A stretch of DNA of 64,000 bases from Mobula hypostoma. Lineage: Eukaryota. The notes under the pieces were generated by a model. That model saw only the letters and a list, made by a program, of their open reading frames with translations. It was not told where the DNA came from and searched no databases. The position numbers and the translations under genes are program-made. Of the stretch, positions 12,783 through 24,018 are shown in pieces. Location of the stretch: positions 66,094,001 to 66,158,000 of the forward strand of contig NC_086108.1 in NCBI RefSeq assembly GCF_963921235.1, written 5' to 3'. Positions within the stretch are counted from its first letter, which is position 1. The number at the start of each line of letters is the position of its first letter.

Positions 12783-12826
12783 GATGAGGAGTACTGGTGA
12801 GCGTGATCCTTGTCCTGCCCTCCTCA
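12758..12826 (+). promoter_or_regulatory. Putative -1 ribosomal frameshift signal (A-run plus H-type pseudoknot)
   Basis: A7 run 12758-12764; 6-nt spacer; stem 1 GCTCACCAGTA/TACTGGTGAGC (12771-12781/12792-12802); stem 2 TGAGGAG/CTCCTCA (12785-12791/12820-12826). Confidence 0.7.
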
Positions 12827-13605
12827 ACATCACTCACTTTCATACCTGCTTCTTTGGAGTGGGGCATCCAACACCGAGCAGTCTCTGTCTTGGTCGATTC
12901 TGGTGCGGAGGGGTGTTGTAATGATTGCGGCTTGGCTGCCCAGTGGGAACTATCCACGTCTGCTCTCCAGTCACTATTAATGGCCAATGCCTTGAACGGT
13001 CAGAGACTGGCTAACATCATCCATGCCACGGCCCCAGTGAGTCTCAGTTTATCCATCCACCATCATGAACAATTAATCCTTTATTTTATTGACTCTCCCT
13101 TATCTCCCATTATCTTGGGCCATCCCTGGTTAGTCAGACACAGCAGCCACATTGACTGGCTTAGTCACAAGATTGTTGGCTGGAGCCCATTCTGTCACTC
13201 CCACTGCCTCCGCCATGCTCAGGCCCCCTTGTCTCCAAGCCCAGATCCCCCTGAGGAATTTCTGGACCTTAGTGCCAAATACATGAATACGTGGACCTCA
13301 AGGCTGTGTTCAGCAAGTCCCGGGCAACTTCCCTGCTGCCTTATTCTCCATTTGATTGTGCCATTGACCTCTTGCTTGCCACATCCCCCCCCCCCCACCA
13401 AGGGGCCGCCTGTATTCCCTGTCCATACCTGAAACAGAAGCCATGAATAAGTACATTTGAAAGTCTCTGGCTGCAGATATCATCCGGCTGTCTTCCTCCC
13501 CTGCTGCTGCCGTGTTTTTTTTTCCTCCTTGAAAAGAAGAATAGCTCCTTGCATCTATGCATTGATTAGCGGGGAGCGAATGAAGAACCGTTACCCTTTT
13601 CTGCT

Positions 13606-14299
13606 TGAGTCGACTGGGGTGATATACTGCGTCCGGTGCTCCCGATGTGGCCTTTTATATATTGGTGAGACGCGACGCAGACTGGGAGACCGCTTTGCTG
13701 AACATCTACGCTCTGTCCGCCAGAGAAAGCAGGATCTCCCAGTGGCTACACATTTTAATTCCACATCCCATTCCCATTCTGACATGTCTATCCACGGCCT
13801 CCTCTACTGTAAAGATGAAGCCACACTCAGGTTGGAGGAACAACACCTTATATTCCGTCTGGGTAGCCTCCAACCTGATGGCATGAACATTGACTTCTCT
13901 AACTTCCGCGAAGGCCCCACCTCCCCCTCGTACCCCATCTGTTACTCATTTTTATGCACACATTCTTTCTCTCACTCTCCTTTTTCTCCCTCTGTCCCTC
14001 TGAATATACCTCTTGCCCATCCTCTGGGTCACCCCCCCTCGTCTTTCTTCCCGGACCTCCTGTCCCATGATCCTCTCGTATCCCCTTTTGCCTATCACCT
14101 GTCCAGCTCTCGGCTCTATCCCTCCCCCTCCTGTCTTCTCCTATCATTTTGCATCTCCCCATCCCCCTCCAGCTTTCAAATCCCTTACTCACTCTTCCTT
14201 CAGTTAGTCCTGAGGAAGGGTCTCGGCCTGAAACGTCGACTGCACCTCTTCCTATAGATGCTGCTTGGCCTGCTGCGTTCACCAGCAACTTTGATGTAT
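13606..14299 (+). mobile_element. 5'-truncated Neptune-like PLE (GIY-YIG plus pLTR) inserted in Gypsy B RT
   Basis: GVIYCVRCSRCGLLYIGETRRRLGDRFAEH...; 16-bp TSD GTTACCCTTTTCTGCT at 13590-13605 and 14300-14315. Confidence 0.93.
14206..14242 (+). ncRNA. Minimal type I hammerhead ribozyme motif
   Basis: AGTC-CTGAGGA-AGGGTCTCGGCCT-GAAA-CGTC-GACT. Confidence 0.65.
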
Positions 14300-16833
14300 G
14301 TTACCCTTTTCTGCTCATGACCTTGGCATTTGAATTGCTACAAAGAGCCTCAGTTTTCACCAAGCTTGATCTCGGTAATGCTTACCATCTTGTCCACATC
14401 TACGAAGGAAATGAGTGGAAGACAGCCTTCAACACCACCTCAGGCCATTACGAGTATCTGGTCATACCATTCGGTCTCACCAATGCCCCCGCCGTCCTCC
14501 AAGCCCTGGTAAATGACATTCTCAGGGACATGCTGAACCAATTTGTTTTTGTGTATCTCGACGACATTTTGATTTTTTTTTCTAAGTCCCTTGCTGTATA
14601 CACAGGTCACATTTGCAGAGTTCTCCAGCATCTTCTGGAGAACCAGCTTTTTGTAAAGGCTGAGAAATGCAAGTTTCATTGCAAAAGTCTCCTTCCTGAA
14701 GTATGTAATTTCAGGCAGTTCCATTCAGATGGACCAACAGAAGGTCAAGGTGGTGGTCAAATGGCCCCAGCCCGTGACTCATTGGGAGGTGCAACGCCTC
14801 TTGGGCTTAATTAACTTCTATCACTGCTTCATCAGAAATTACAGTACACTGCCTGCATCACTCACTGCTCTTACCTCATCGACTGTCAGGTTCTCCTGGT
14901 CCCCTGCTGCTGGAAAAGCATTCTCTGACCTGAAGGAACGTTTCACCTCTGCCTCCATCCTGATTCAACATGACACTGACCGGCAGTTCATTGTGGAAGT
15001 GGATGCGTCTGACATTGGTGTCAGAGCTGTTCTCTCTCTCTCAGCGCTGGGCCAAGGTTGAGAAGGTACACCCCTGTGCTTTCTTCTCTCACCGCCTCAC
15101 TCCCACGGAGTGGAATTATGATATCGGAAACTAGGAGCTGCTGGCTGAGAAGCTAGCTCTGGAGGAGTAGAGGTATTGGCTGGAGGGAGACAAGGTGCCT
15201 TTCTTAGTCTGGACTGATCACAAGCATCTGGAAAATATCTGTGTGGCTAAGTGTCTCAACTCCTGTCAAGCTCGTTGGTCCCTGTTTTTCTCAAGATTCA
15301 ACTTAACTCTGTCCTTCTGCCCTGGTTTCAAGAATGGAAAACCTGATGCCCTCTCCCAAAGATTTCCTTCCTCTGAGACCCCTGAGGTACCCGATGTCAT
15401 CCTTCCTGCTCACTGTCTCGTGGGTGCAGTGCAATGGGACATTGAATCCATTGTGCAAGCTGCTCAACAGAGCGAGGCAGCCCTTAGTCAATGCCCCATT
15501 AACCGTGTTTATGTTCCCAGCTCTGTCCACTCACAGGTATTGCAGTGGGGTCATGCTTCCTGTTTATCCTGTCACTCTGGAACCAAGTGTACTCAGGCCT
15601 TCATAAGTCGGCGGTTTTGGCAGCCCTCCATGGGAGATGACATCCGCAACGTTGTCTCAGCCTGCTTGGTCTGTGCTCAAGGTAAGAATGCTAACTGGTC
15701 ACCCACTGGTCTGTTACAACCTCTGTCTATCCCCAAGAAGCCCTGGTCCCACATTGCCCTGAATTTTGTCACCGGTCTTCCCCCATCAGATGGTGATACC
15801 ACCATTCTCACAGTAGTTGATCGTTTCTCCAAGTCTGTACACTTCATTCCTTTACCTAAACTCCCCTCAGCCAAAGAAACAGCCAAATTACTAGTACTGC
15901 ATGTTTTTAAGTTGCATGGTTTACCTGTAGATATTGTGTCAGACAGGGGCTCTCAATTCACATCCAACTTCTGGAGAGCATTCTATAATCTTCTGGGCGC
16001 CTCTGTCTGGATTTCACCCACAGACCAATGGCTGGACTGAACGGGCCAACCAACAGCTGGAGACTGTACTGCGGTGTCCATTCTCCCAGAACCCCTCTGC
16101 TGGAGTCAGCAGATACCCTGGGCCGAGTACGCCATAAACTAATCTGTTCTCATCCACCAGTCTGTCCCCTTTTGAGTGCTGCCTTGGCTACCAACCTCCA
16201 CTGTTTCCTGCCCAGGAGGAGGATGTTGGCATTCCATCTGCCGAGGCATTCATCTGCCATTGTCAGCTCATGTGGAGCTGCACTTGCTCTGCCCTTGTCC
16301 GTGCCTCTGCTAGGATCAAGGATCAAGCGTCAAGCTGACCGCCATTGCTCTAAGGCCCCACGTTACTGCCAGGGACTGTGTGTGGCTTTCAACCTGACAC
16401 CTGCCCCTCAAGGTGGATTACCACAAGCTCGCCCCTCACTTCATTGGCCCCTTTCCCATTGCTAAAGTCATCAGCCCTGCTGCCGTCCATCTCAAGCTCC
16501 CCTCCACTTTCTGCTGCATTCATCCCACCTTCCATGTGTCCTGCATCAACCCTTTCATTAGCCACCCCCTGTGTCCTGTCCCCAAATCCTCCCCTCCCCC
16601 ACGACTCATCAATGGATCAGAGGCCTTCACGGTGCCTTGACTGCTGGATGTTCATCGCCGGGGCCGTGGCCTCCAGTACTTTGTGGACTGGGAGGCTTAC
16701 AGTCCTGAGGAGAGGTGCTGGGTCTCTGCCCATAACATCCTGGACCCCTCTCTCATCAGGGACTTTCATCGCCAGTACCCAACTCTACCTGCCGTGACGC
16801 CAGGAGGTGTCCGTAGGTTGGGGGAGGGGGTAC

Positions 16834-17322
16834 TGTCAGTACCTCCAGCTGAACTGTCTTTTTGTGTGTTTTCCCCTAACAGTCAGTGGTTTTGTATTGC
16901 CACATGTTCCTGTCCTTGTTCCTGCTCTACTCCGGCCCCTGTATTACAGAGTACTCTGTCTCTCATCTGTTTCTCATTATTACTTGTATTTCTGCCACTG
17001 GTGTCTCATTGTGCTCCACCCATCACCTGCCCCTCTGTTTATTGCTCAGTGTATTTCAGTCCTGTGTTTTCTTTCACCTGTTTGTTGCCAGATTGTGCCA
17101 GTACATTTTCCTGAGCCTTTCCAGCATTCGTGTCTGTACTCTGTCTGTCTGAACATCAACTCTGCCTGTTTCCTGAATCTGGTTTTTTGGATTTTTCCGG
17201 ATGTTTTGATTTCTGCCTGAACTTTGACACCAACTTTCTTTGCACCTCGGGATTTGTTAATTAATATCACTGTGTGCACAGTACTGGGTCTGTGATTGGA
17301 TCCCTGCTCCAGCGTCCTGGCT
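16834..17322 (+). repeat. Gypsy B 3' LTR
   Basis: Preceded by polypurine tract GGGGGAGGGGG (16820-16830); starts TGTCAG; terminal GACA decayed to GGCT. Confidence 0.9.
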
Positions 17323-17328
17323 CTACCC

Positions 17329-18500
17329 CTACTGAGCTGATTTTGGTCACTGCCATCTCAGCCTTGTAACAGGCCCTAGAGGGGGTCGCAGTTTGAGAGA
17401 AATCTTTAATGTACTGCCAATAGTAGCTTAATAGACCCAGAATTTTTCTCAGTTCTCCCACTGTGCCTGGTCTCTTCTCTTTCGTAGGCTCCATCTGATT
17501 TCCCTCTGAGGACAATTCTCCCCAGGTAGCGAATCTCTGCCTTCATTAAAAAAAAAACTCACACTTGCTGGGTTGAACTCCATGTGCTCGCATTTGCTGT
17601 AGCATAGCATTCTTCTCACTGCATCAACGTGCTCATTGAAGGTCCTTGATGGTATACCTTCCCCTGGTCAAGTAACAAGAACCAAGCATTACCCCCTAAG
17701 CTGTCCATAATGTCTTGCACTCATGAAATGGGCTGGCACTGAGGAATAGTTTTCTTATTCGAGTCCCTATTCTCAAAACAGAGACAAAGGCTTCCATCTT
17801 TCTCCCTTACACATACGATTGAAGGAGTGTAAGGCAGGTTAGATTTATCAATCCACCCGCGGACAATTAAGTCATGCAAGAAATCCTTCATTTTTCTGTA
17901 GAGGGATTTTGGAACTGAAATGTAAGATTGGGCAATCATTCCATCATCTTTGAGAGATGCTCAGCTGCAAACCTCTGATACATCCAAAATCATTGTCTGA
18001 TTTTGAAAAGAAGTGGTATTCTTCGTGTAGCATCTGCTTCGCGATCTGTTGCTGTTATATATTCAGCTGGCTCACATCGACTGGGGGATCCCATAAATTA
18101 GAGTTGAGCTCGCCATTATCATCCTCTATTTGGTGTCCAGTACCTGGGTTGATAACGGCATCTTTGTGTGCAGTCACAGGGAGCACAGACTTAACTGGTT
18201 ACAACGTCCAGAGCACTGATTCTCAGCAAGAATGATGTCATGGCCTGCTCTGTTGCACACATCATCAACAATGCATGGATGTGCACCCCTCTGGAGTGTT
18301 ACCAGTGTTTCACACAGTTCAAGGCCTTCTGCCCACTGTGGGTTTATTTCTGGTTCAAGGAGCATTATTTTGTCTTCTCTCACAAATGGAGACTGTACAT
18401 AGCATTGAACTTGTTGTGTGTTCTGGTATGCAAATTACAGGAGCTGGGGGAATAGGGGAAAACTTTGTTGCTGTGGGGCTGGGGTTGAACAAGGCAGAGT
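17329..18500 (-). pseudogene. Gypsy A RT region, catalytic core deleted
   Basis: ORFs 17721-17939 and 17267-17515; LDQGKVYHQ is joined directly to an RTFNEHV-like segment near 17645, with no YLDD between. Confidence 0.75.
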
Positions 18501-18508
18501 TTATTCAA

Positions 18509-18674
18509 GCAACACACATCAAAGTTGCTGGTGAACGCAGCAGGCCAAGCAGCATCTATAGGAAGAGGTGCAGTCGACGTTTCAGGCCGAGACCCTTTGT
18601 CAGGACTAACTGAAGGAAGAGTGAGTAAGGGATTTGAAAGCTGGAGGGGGAGGGGGAGATGCAAAAGGTGCAAA
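18509..18674 (-). mobile_element. Short PLE pLTR insertion
   Basis: 13-bp TSD AGAGTTTATTCAA at 18496-18508 and 18675-18687; hammerhead core mutated (CTGACAA). Confidence 0.9.
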
Positions 18675-18897
18675 AGAGTTTATTCAATTAGCTATTTTTG
18701 CTTTTTCCACCACTGTTTCTGTTCAGTGCTTGGCTCTCTCTGGAGTTCAGACCTGACAATGTTTTGCCCCATGGACTGCTCAGGCCTCTTTGTATCCCAC
18801 TCTGGTTGTAGCCGGTAACTCTGTGCTAGGTCCTGCGGCTGAGAAGGGTTGCTCCCACCTCTTTTTTTTAATTGAAACTGAAAAGCACTGTTGACAC

Positions 18898-19101
18898 TGT
18901 CCAGCTCTTGGCTCTATCCCTCCCCCTCCTGTCTTCTCCTATCATTTCGGATCTCCCCCTCCCCCTCCCACTTTCAAATCTCTTACTAGCTCTTCTTTCA
19001 GTTAGTCCTGACGAAGGGTCTCGACCCGAAACGTCGACTGTACCTCTTCCTGGAGATGCTGCCTGGCCTGCTGCGTTCACCAGCAACTTTGATGTGTGTT
19101 G
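18898..19101 (+). mobile_element. Short PLE pLTR insertion
   Basis: 8-bp TSD GTTGACAC at 18890-18897 and 19102-19109. Confidence 0.9.
19004..19040 (+). ncRNA. Minimal type I hammerhead ribozyme motif (best-preserved copy)
   Basis: AGTC-CTGACGA-A-GGGTC-TC-GACCC-GAAA-CGTC-GACT: stem I AGTC/GACT, stem II GGGTC/GACCC, GUC cleavage triplet. Confidence 0.75.
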
Positions 19102-20800
19102 GTTGACACACAAGTATAGGCTGTTGAAGTTGCTCCTCGACCTGTGCAATGCCTTCACTAAGTCTTTAACTGTGACACCAGGTCTATGTGAGTCCTTTTC
19201 CTCTGACATTGATGTTCCTCTGACTGTGCAGAGTTAACAGTGGCAGTGTGGGCTGACCCAGCTGGCTTCCATTTATTCTTTTTCTCCGCTTTATTTGCAC
19301 ATGCAATGTTTAGCTTCTCTAATAGTTCCTCACCTCAGGTTTTGGGGAATAAAAGGTATGGCTGGAGGTAACTTTGAATGCAATCAGTGTAAACTGTTGA
19401 GTACAATATGTGAAAGCATACTCTGTGCTAAGGCTGGATCATATTTCTGACCAGGCTCCCCTTCCTGTGAGGCAAACTACAGTTTCTGCTTCAGATCAAG
19501 AATGCATATTAGGAAACTTTGTGGTGTCTTTGTACTGTGTTGGGCTTCTGCTGTCAGTGTCCGGTGCTCCTGATGTGGCCTTCTATATATTGGCGAGACC
19601 CGACGCAGACTGGGAGATCGTTTTGCTGAACACCTACGCTCTGTGCCCCAGAGAAAGCAGGATCTCCCAGTGGCCACACATTTTAATTTCACGTCCCATT
19701 CCCATTTTGATATGTCTATCCACGGCCTCCTCTACTGTAAAGATGAAGCCACACTCAGGTTGGAGGAACAAAACCTGATATTCCATCTGAGTAACCTCCA
19801 ACCTAATGGCATGAACATTGACTTCTCTAACTTCCATTAATGCCCCACCTCCCCCTCATACCCCACCCATTATTGCCCATCCTCTGGGTTTCCCCTCTCC
19901 CCCTTTCTTTCTCCCTAGGCCTCCCATTCCATGATTCCCTCATATCCCTTTTGCCAATCAACTGTGCAGCTCTTGATTCCATTCCTCCCCCCTCCTGTCT
20001 TCTCCTATTATTTCAGATCTCCCCCTCCCCCTCCCACTTTCAAATCTCTTACTAGCTCTTCTTTCGGTTAGTCCTGACAAAGGGTCTCAGTCTAAAATGT
20101 TGATTGTACCTCTTCCTATAGATGCTGCCTGGCCTGCTGCGTTCACCAGCAAATTTTATGTGTGTTGCTTGAAATTCCAGCATCTGCAGATTTCCTCATG
20201 TAGCTGCTTGTACTGTTCAGTTGTCCCTTTTTCCTGATAATGTGAGCAAAGGATCTGTCTAAGGGTAGGTAAGTTCAACTCTGATTTGCCCTCAAGATAA
20301 CTGAGCAACTGGAGCCCAGGCAGAATCGCTCTGATCACTGCGTCAATGATCTCCTCCTCCAGATAGCCTCTATTTAGCGCGCTTCCTATCTGGGGAACAA
20401 GGCTAGAAAATGATGACAACTTGTCTTTCTGACCAGGCTCACCAAAATCTTTCCACCATGCTGGTGGGACAACTTCCCTCTGAACTAACCACTGCGGATC
20501 GCTCGAGTTCTTCCTGCTAGGAGCTGACCTTTTTATTGAACTGCGGGTTACTGTAATTTCCCTGTTTTCTTCCTCTGTTTCATCAGCCGTTGCAGTTGTT
20601 GTAGCCACCAACTCATTAACTTGTCTCTACCCAGCAGAAATTCAGACATGCCACTGTCCTCCAGATGTCCCAGCTCCTCTCTTCCCAGATGGTCACTTAT
20701 GAGGAACACGAGAGGCAAACAGGTTTTCTTAGTGATGTCCTCACCTGGGAGTTGAAGGAAGCTATTGAGCTTACCAACTTGTCTTTAGGTAATTCACATA
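19102..20800 (-). pseudogene. Gypsy A gag (PNMA-like), interrupted by a PLE
   Basis: ORF 20156-20611 continues across the PLE: HYQEKGTTEQYKQL / TAEAQHSTKTPQSFL. Confidence 0.75.
19558..20201 (+). mobile_element. 5'-truncated PLE (GIY-YIG plus pLTR), somewhat older
   Basis: GIY-YIG remnant ORF 19643-19840; decayed hammerhead at ~20071; only a 2-bp (AG) duplication. Confidence 0.88.
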
Positions 20801-21087
20801 CCTTATCACTAATTTCTTCTTGGCGATTCCTAAGCACACCCACTTTCTTTCCCCCTTGGCGGTGGTGCGAGTTATTGTGGTGGCTGTAAGACTACATCCT
20901 GCTGACTGGATTCTGCAGCCTCTAGCATTCACTGTGCTGCAAGTGCATATACTACTTCATCAGATCTCAGCCTCACCTACCTCCAACTGCCTCACTCTTC
21001 AGCTGCTCTGAGTCTCGGTGATTAAGAAGAGGCTGAGAGCGGCTTAGATGAACTCATCTGGTAAGGAGGTGGTCTACCTGCACACCC

Positions 21088-21105
21088 ATCTCTGTGGTGT
21101 CTCCA
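21088..21105 (-). other. Degenerate tRNA-Thr primer binding site of Gypsy A
   Basis: Minus strand TGGAGACACCACAGAGAT, 6 nt after the LTR end; 14/18 match to TGGAGGCACCGCTGGGAT, the complement of the vertebrate tRNA-Thr(AGT) 3' end (recalled, not searched). Confidence 0.6.
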
Positions 21106-21111
21106 ACATTT

Positions 21112-21405
21112 TGTAGTACCACTGAAAAGGGGAGATGGCGAATGAAACATACGTGCTGCACTGTTCATGTATCAATAACTCTGTGCTGAAGGAGAAATAC
21201 AGTGTGTACTTCAACTACCCTCCCCAAAACAGCCCCCCCACCCCACCCCTGGCATTCTAGCAGGCATAAACAATCAATCGCATGCTGAAGATTGAATGCA
21301 AGACTTTACGAGTCAATGTCACATTCAGTGCTCACTGCTATAAAAGAATACCTTGCACACAGATTCTCAGAAATTTCAACTCAATACATTTCATTTGCAT
21401 GTTTT
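21112..21405 (-). repeat. Gypsy A 5' LTR, truncated
   Basis: TGTAGTACC... homologous to 6469 onward; homology ends near 21400 at a fusion with Gypsy C integrase. Confidence 0.8.
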
Positions 21406-23516
21406 AAAGTCCCTTAGAAACAATGTCCTGGGGAAAAACCATGAAATCTAAACATGTGTTGCAGCATAAGGTTGGCTGTTTCCTGAGTGGAGGGAAGCTT
21501 GCATAGGGGCACAAAGTGTCAGGCATTAGAGAACTGGTCCACAACCACCAGAATCACAGTGTTACCTTGTGGTGCTGGCAGATCAGTAATGAAATCTACA
21601 GAGATATGGAACCAGGGACAGAAAGGAATGGGGATTGCATGCAGCAGCCCCTGGGTGTGTGTTCTGTGCACAAATGTGACAGACTGCCATGTATGATTTA
21701 ACATCTTCATCCATGCCCGATCACCAGAACTGCCTCTGGATGAACAAGCAGTCCCTGGATGTCCTGTGATACACTGCAAAACTGTAACACAGATGAATGG
21801 ACAGAGTTAGGAATAAAAGGTGACCTAGTGGGCCGATTCCTGGGTCTTCCTGCTGCTGTTATGCTCTCCTGATGATGGTCTCGACCTTCCACTGGACTTA
21901 TACCACCTGCCAGGACCATGAGAGGATTGGTCCTAGGACAGGTGACCAGGTCTGGTTGTTCAGACTGCCTGGAGAGGGGGTGCAGCTTCTAATTCTTCAA
22001 AGCTGGATGGTAGGTGCTAATAAAATCAAAATGGTTTTAAAAAAAGGTGAAACCATTGAGCCTGGCACAAATTTAACCACTTCATCTCTTGAATGTAGGG
22101 CAGGTTCTTGTGGTCGGTGCAGAGCACAAATGGATGTTTGGCACCCTCCAGCCAATATCTCCAGTTCTCCAGGGTTAATTTGACCACCAACAGCTCTCTG
22201 CTCCCTTTGTCATAATTCCTCTTTGCAGGAGAGAACCACCAGAAGAAGAAAGCACAGAGATGGAGTTTCTGGTCAGACAGGGGGACTGTGAGAAAACCAC
22301 CCCAACCCCACCATCCTTGGCATCCACTGAATGGCAGCACTGGGTCACGGAGAGCAAGCATAGGAGCTGTTGTGAAACGATACTTGAATTCTTGTAAAGC
22401 TACCTTGGGTTCTGGGCCCCAGTAATATGGGATAGAGGCTCCTATAGTCAGAGCAATAAAGGGAGCTTTGATGGAATTGAAGTTGTGGATGAATCTCCAA
22501 TAAAAAATTGCAACCACCAGAAACCTCTGCAGCTGCTTGATCGCAGTGGGTTGTGGCCAATCACTGACAACCTGAGTCTTGCTGGGATCTGTCTGCAGAT
22601 TCCTTTCAGAGACAGTAAATCTGAGGAAGGAGACTGTGGAGACATGGAACTCATTCTTCTCCAGATGAAAGAATAGTTGGTTCCAGAGTAAACATTGAAG
22701 GAGTGGTCAAACATGTTGGATGTGTTTATCATCCTGGTACACAAAGGCAAAGTGATTTAGCAAGGAGAACCTGAAAGACCACTAGGATATTGACTAAACT
22801 GACTTTACAAGATAGTCATAGTGGGCAGTGGGGATGTTAAAAGTGATTTTCTATTCATGACCCTCCTAAATGTAGACTGGGTTGTATGCATTTTGGAGGT
22901 CCAGTTTATTAAAGACGGCTGACCCTTGCAGCAACGTGAACGCCATGGTCATCAGTGACAAGGAGTACCGGTTCTTCACTGTGATCTTATTGAGTCCTTG
23001 ATAATCTATACATGGTTGGAGTCCACCATCCTTTTTCACCTTGAAGTGGAAGCCCACACTAGCAGGGCATGTGAAGAAGCAGATGAAAGCAGATGCTCGG
23101 GCATCACAGCTCATCACAGAATCTCACCCTTTTTGGAGCTGACAGGGAGTAGCCTTGCGTGCGGTGGGCAGGTTCCAGACAGAGTTCAATTGCGCGTTCA
23201 TAGGTTCGACACTGACTGGAGATGCTCACACTCTGCCATGTTTTGGCTGACTCTTGCTGTAACTGAGGTGATGGCCAGGCTGCATTGAACCAGAGTTGGT
23301 ATGGTGAAGTTCAATATCTTTAGCCGTGGACTACTGGGAGAGATGAAGACAATGTGGACCCAAATGCAGAAGAGACCAGAGAGAAGGACGGTGTTGAATG
23401 AAGAACTTTTACTTGAGGATTGGTTAGAAGCGAACACAGCTAGGACTCGAGAATCACTACACACAGGGTAGGTAAACTCAAGGCTGAGCAAAGACAAACA
23501 AATAGAGGGAACTTAA

Positions 23517-24018
23517 CCCTTACATACTGTTTGGGTAAAATTTGACCCCTTTTGAAATTTGACAGCAGTAAAAACACCATAAATGCCATTTTTTGCCAAA
23601 ATTTGATGACTTTTCCTAAAGTGACCAAAAATGCACAAAATTGAAAATATTTAAAAATGTTATACTTTCATACAGGTGCTACAAATTTTTGTACATTGAG
23701 GCTGTTTCGGGTCAAATTTAACCTGTATCTATTGAAATGGATTTTAGATCTCTGAAACATTAACTAAGGATTAATGTACATTGAGGCTGTTCCAGGTCAT
23801 ATTTGACCCGTATCTATTGAAATGGATTTTAGATCTCTGAAACATTAATTAAGGACTAATCACCCATTTATTAATGTCAGACAGGCTATTTATACATTCT
23901 AATTAGATCTGTGGTTCAAAATTTGGTATGGACACTTGTTACGAGGCCATTCTTGGGCTGGGTCAACATTGACCCTGACCATACTGTGAAGGTATGGAAT
24001 ATGAACAGGTTGCCTGGG
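23517..24018. mobile_element. piggyBac-like non-autonomous element in the Gypsy C LTR
   Basis: TTAA|CCC...GGG|TTAA (TTAA at 23513-23516 and 24019-24022); four copies of a palindromic GGGTCAAATTTGACCC-like motif. Confidence 0.7.
23691..23860. repeat. 85-bp tandem duplication (2 units)
   Basis: GTACATTGAGGCTGTT...TAAGGA(T/C)TAAT at 23691-23775 and 23776-23860. Confidence 0.9.

Larger units (their letters stand above)
12788..16800 (+). pseudogene. Gypsy B pol (protease-RT-RNase H-integrase-chromodomain), interrupted by a PLE
   Basis: ORF fragments 12797-13432, 14149-14814, 14729-15061, 15195-16040, 16413-16640 and 16683 onward ([13 protein letters not shown]...[11 protein letters not shown], chromodomain). 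Confidence 0.9.
10161..17322 (+). mobile_element. Gypsy LTR retrotransposon B (sushi/chromovirus type), full length, decayed
   Basis: LTRs 10161-11771 (PLE-interrupted) and 16834-17322; flanking direct repeat CTACCC at 10155-10160 and 17323-17328; gag EPRLPPPEKFSGE and CLHCGQPGH, protease LVDSGA, RT YLDD, integrase TVVDRFSK/SDRG, GPF motif, chromodomain. Confidence 0.95.
6469..21405 (-). mobile_element. Gypsy LTR retrotransposon A (PNMA-like gag lineage), decayed; hosts Gypsy B and several PLEs
   Basis: Paired LTRs at 6469 and 21112. On the minus strand: gag (PGQKDKLS...IIDAVIRAILPGLQLLSYLEGK), RT (SIVCVREKDGSL), RNase H (HIDASNQGLGAVL), integrase (SVDFLHLDKC...IDHLTWFAQ), with many stops and frameshifts. 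Confidence 0.9.

Noticed and set aside
13457..14814. Long chimeric ORFs (266 and 221 aa) joining Gypsy RT and PLE GIY-YIG/pLTR
   Set aside because: Explained by a TSD-bounded PLE insertion plus a lost stop codon in a pseudogenised element; no sign of a selected fusion gene
11788..16800. Possible domesticated PEG10/RTL-like gene
   Set aside because: Both LTRs and the TSD are present, and gag/pol carry many stops and frameshifts
19102..20800. Possible PNMA-family host gene
   Set aside because: Part of a decayed Gypsy with LTRs; frameshifted and split by a PLE
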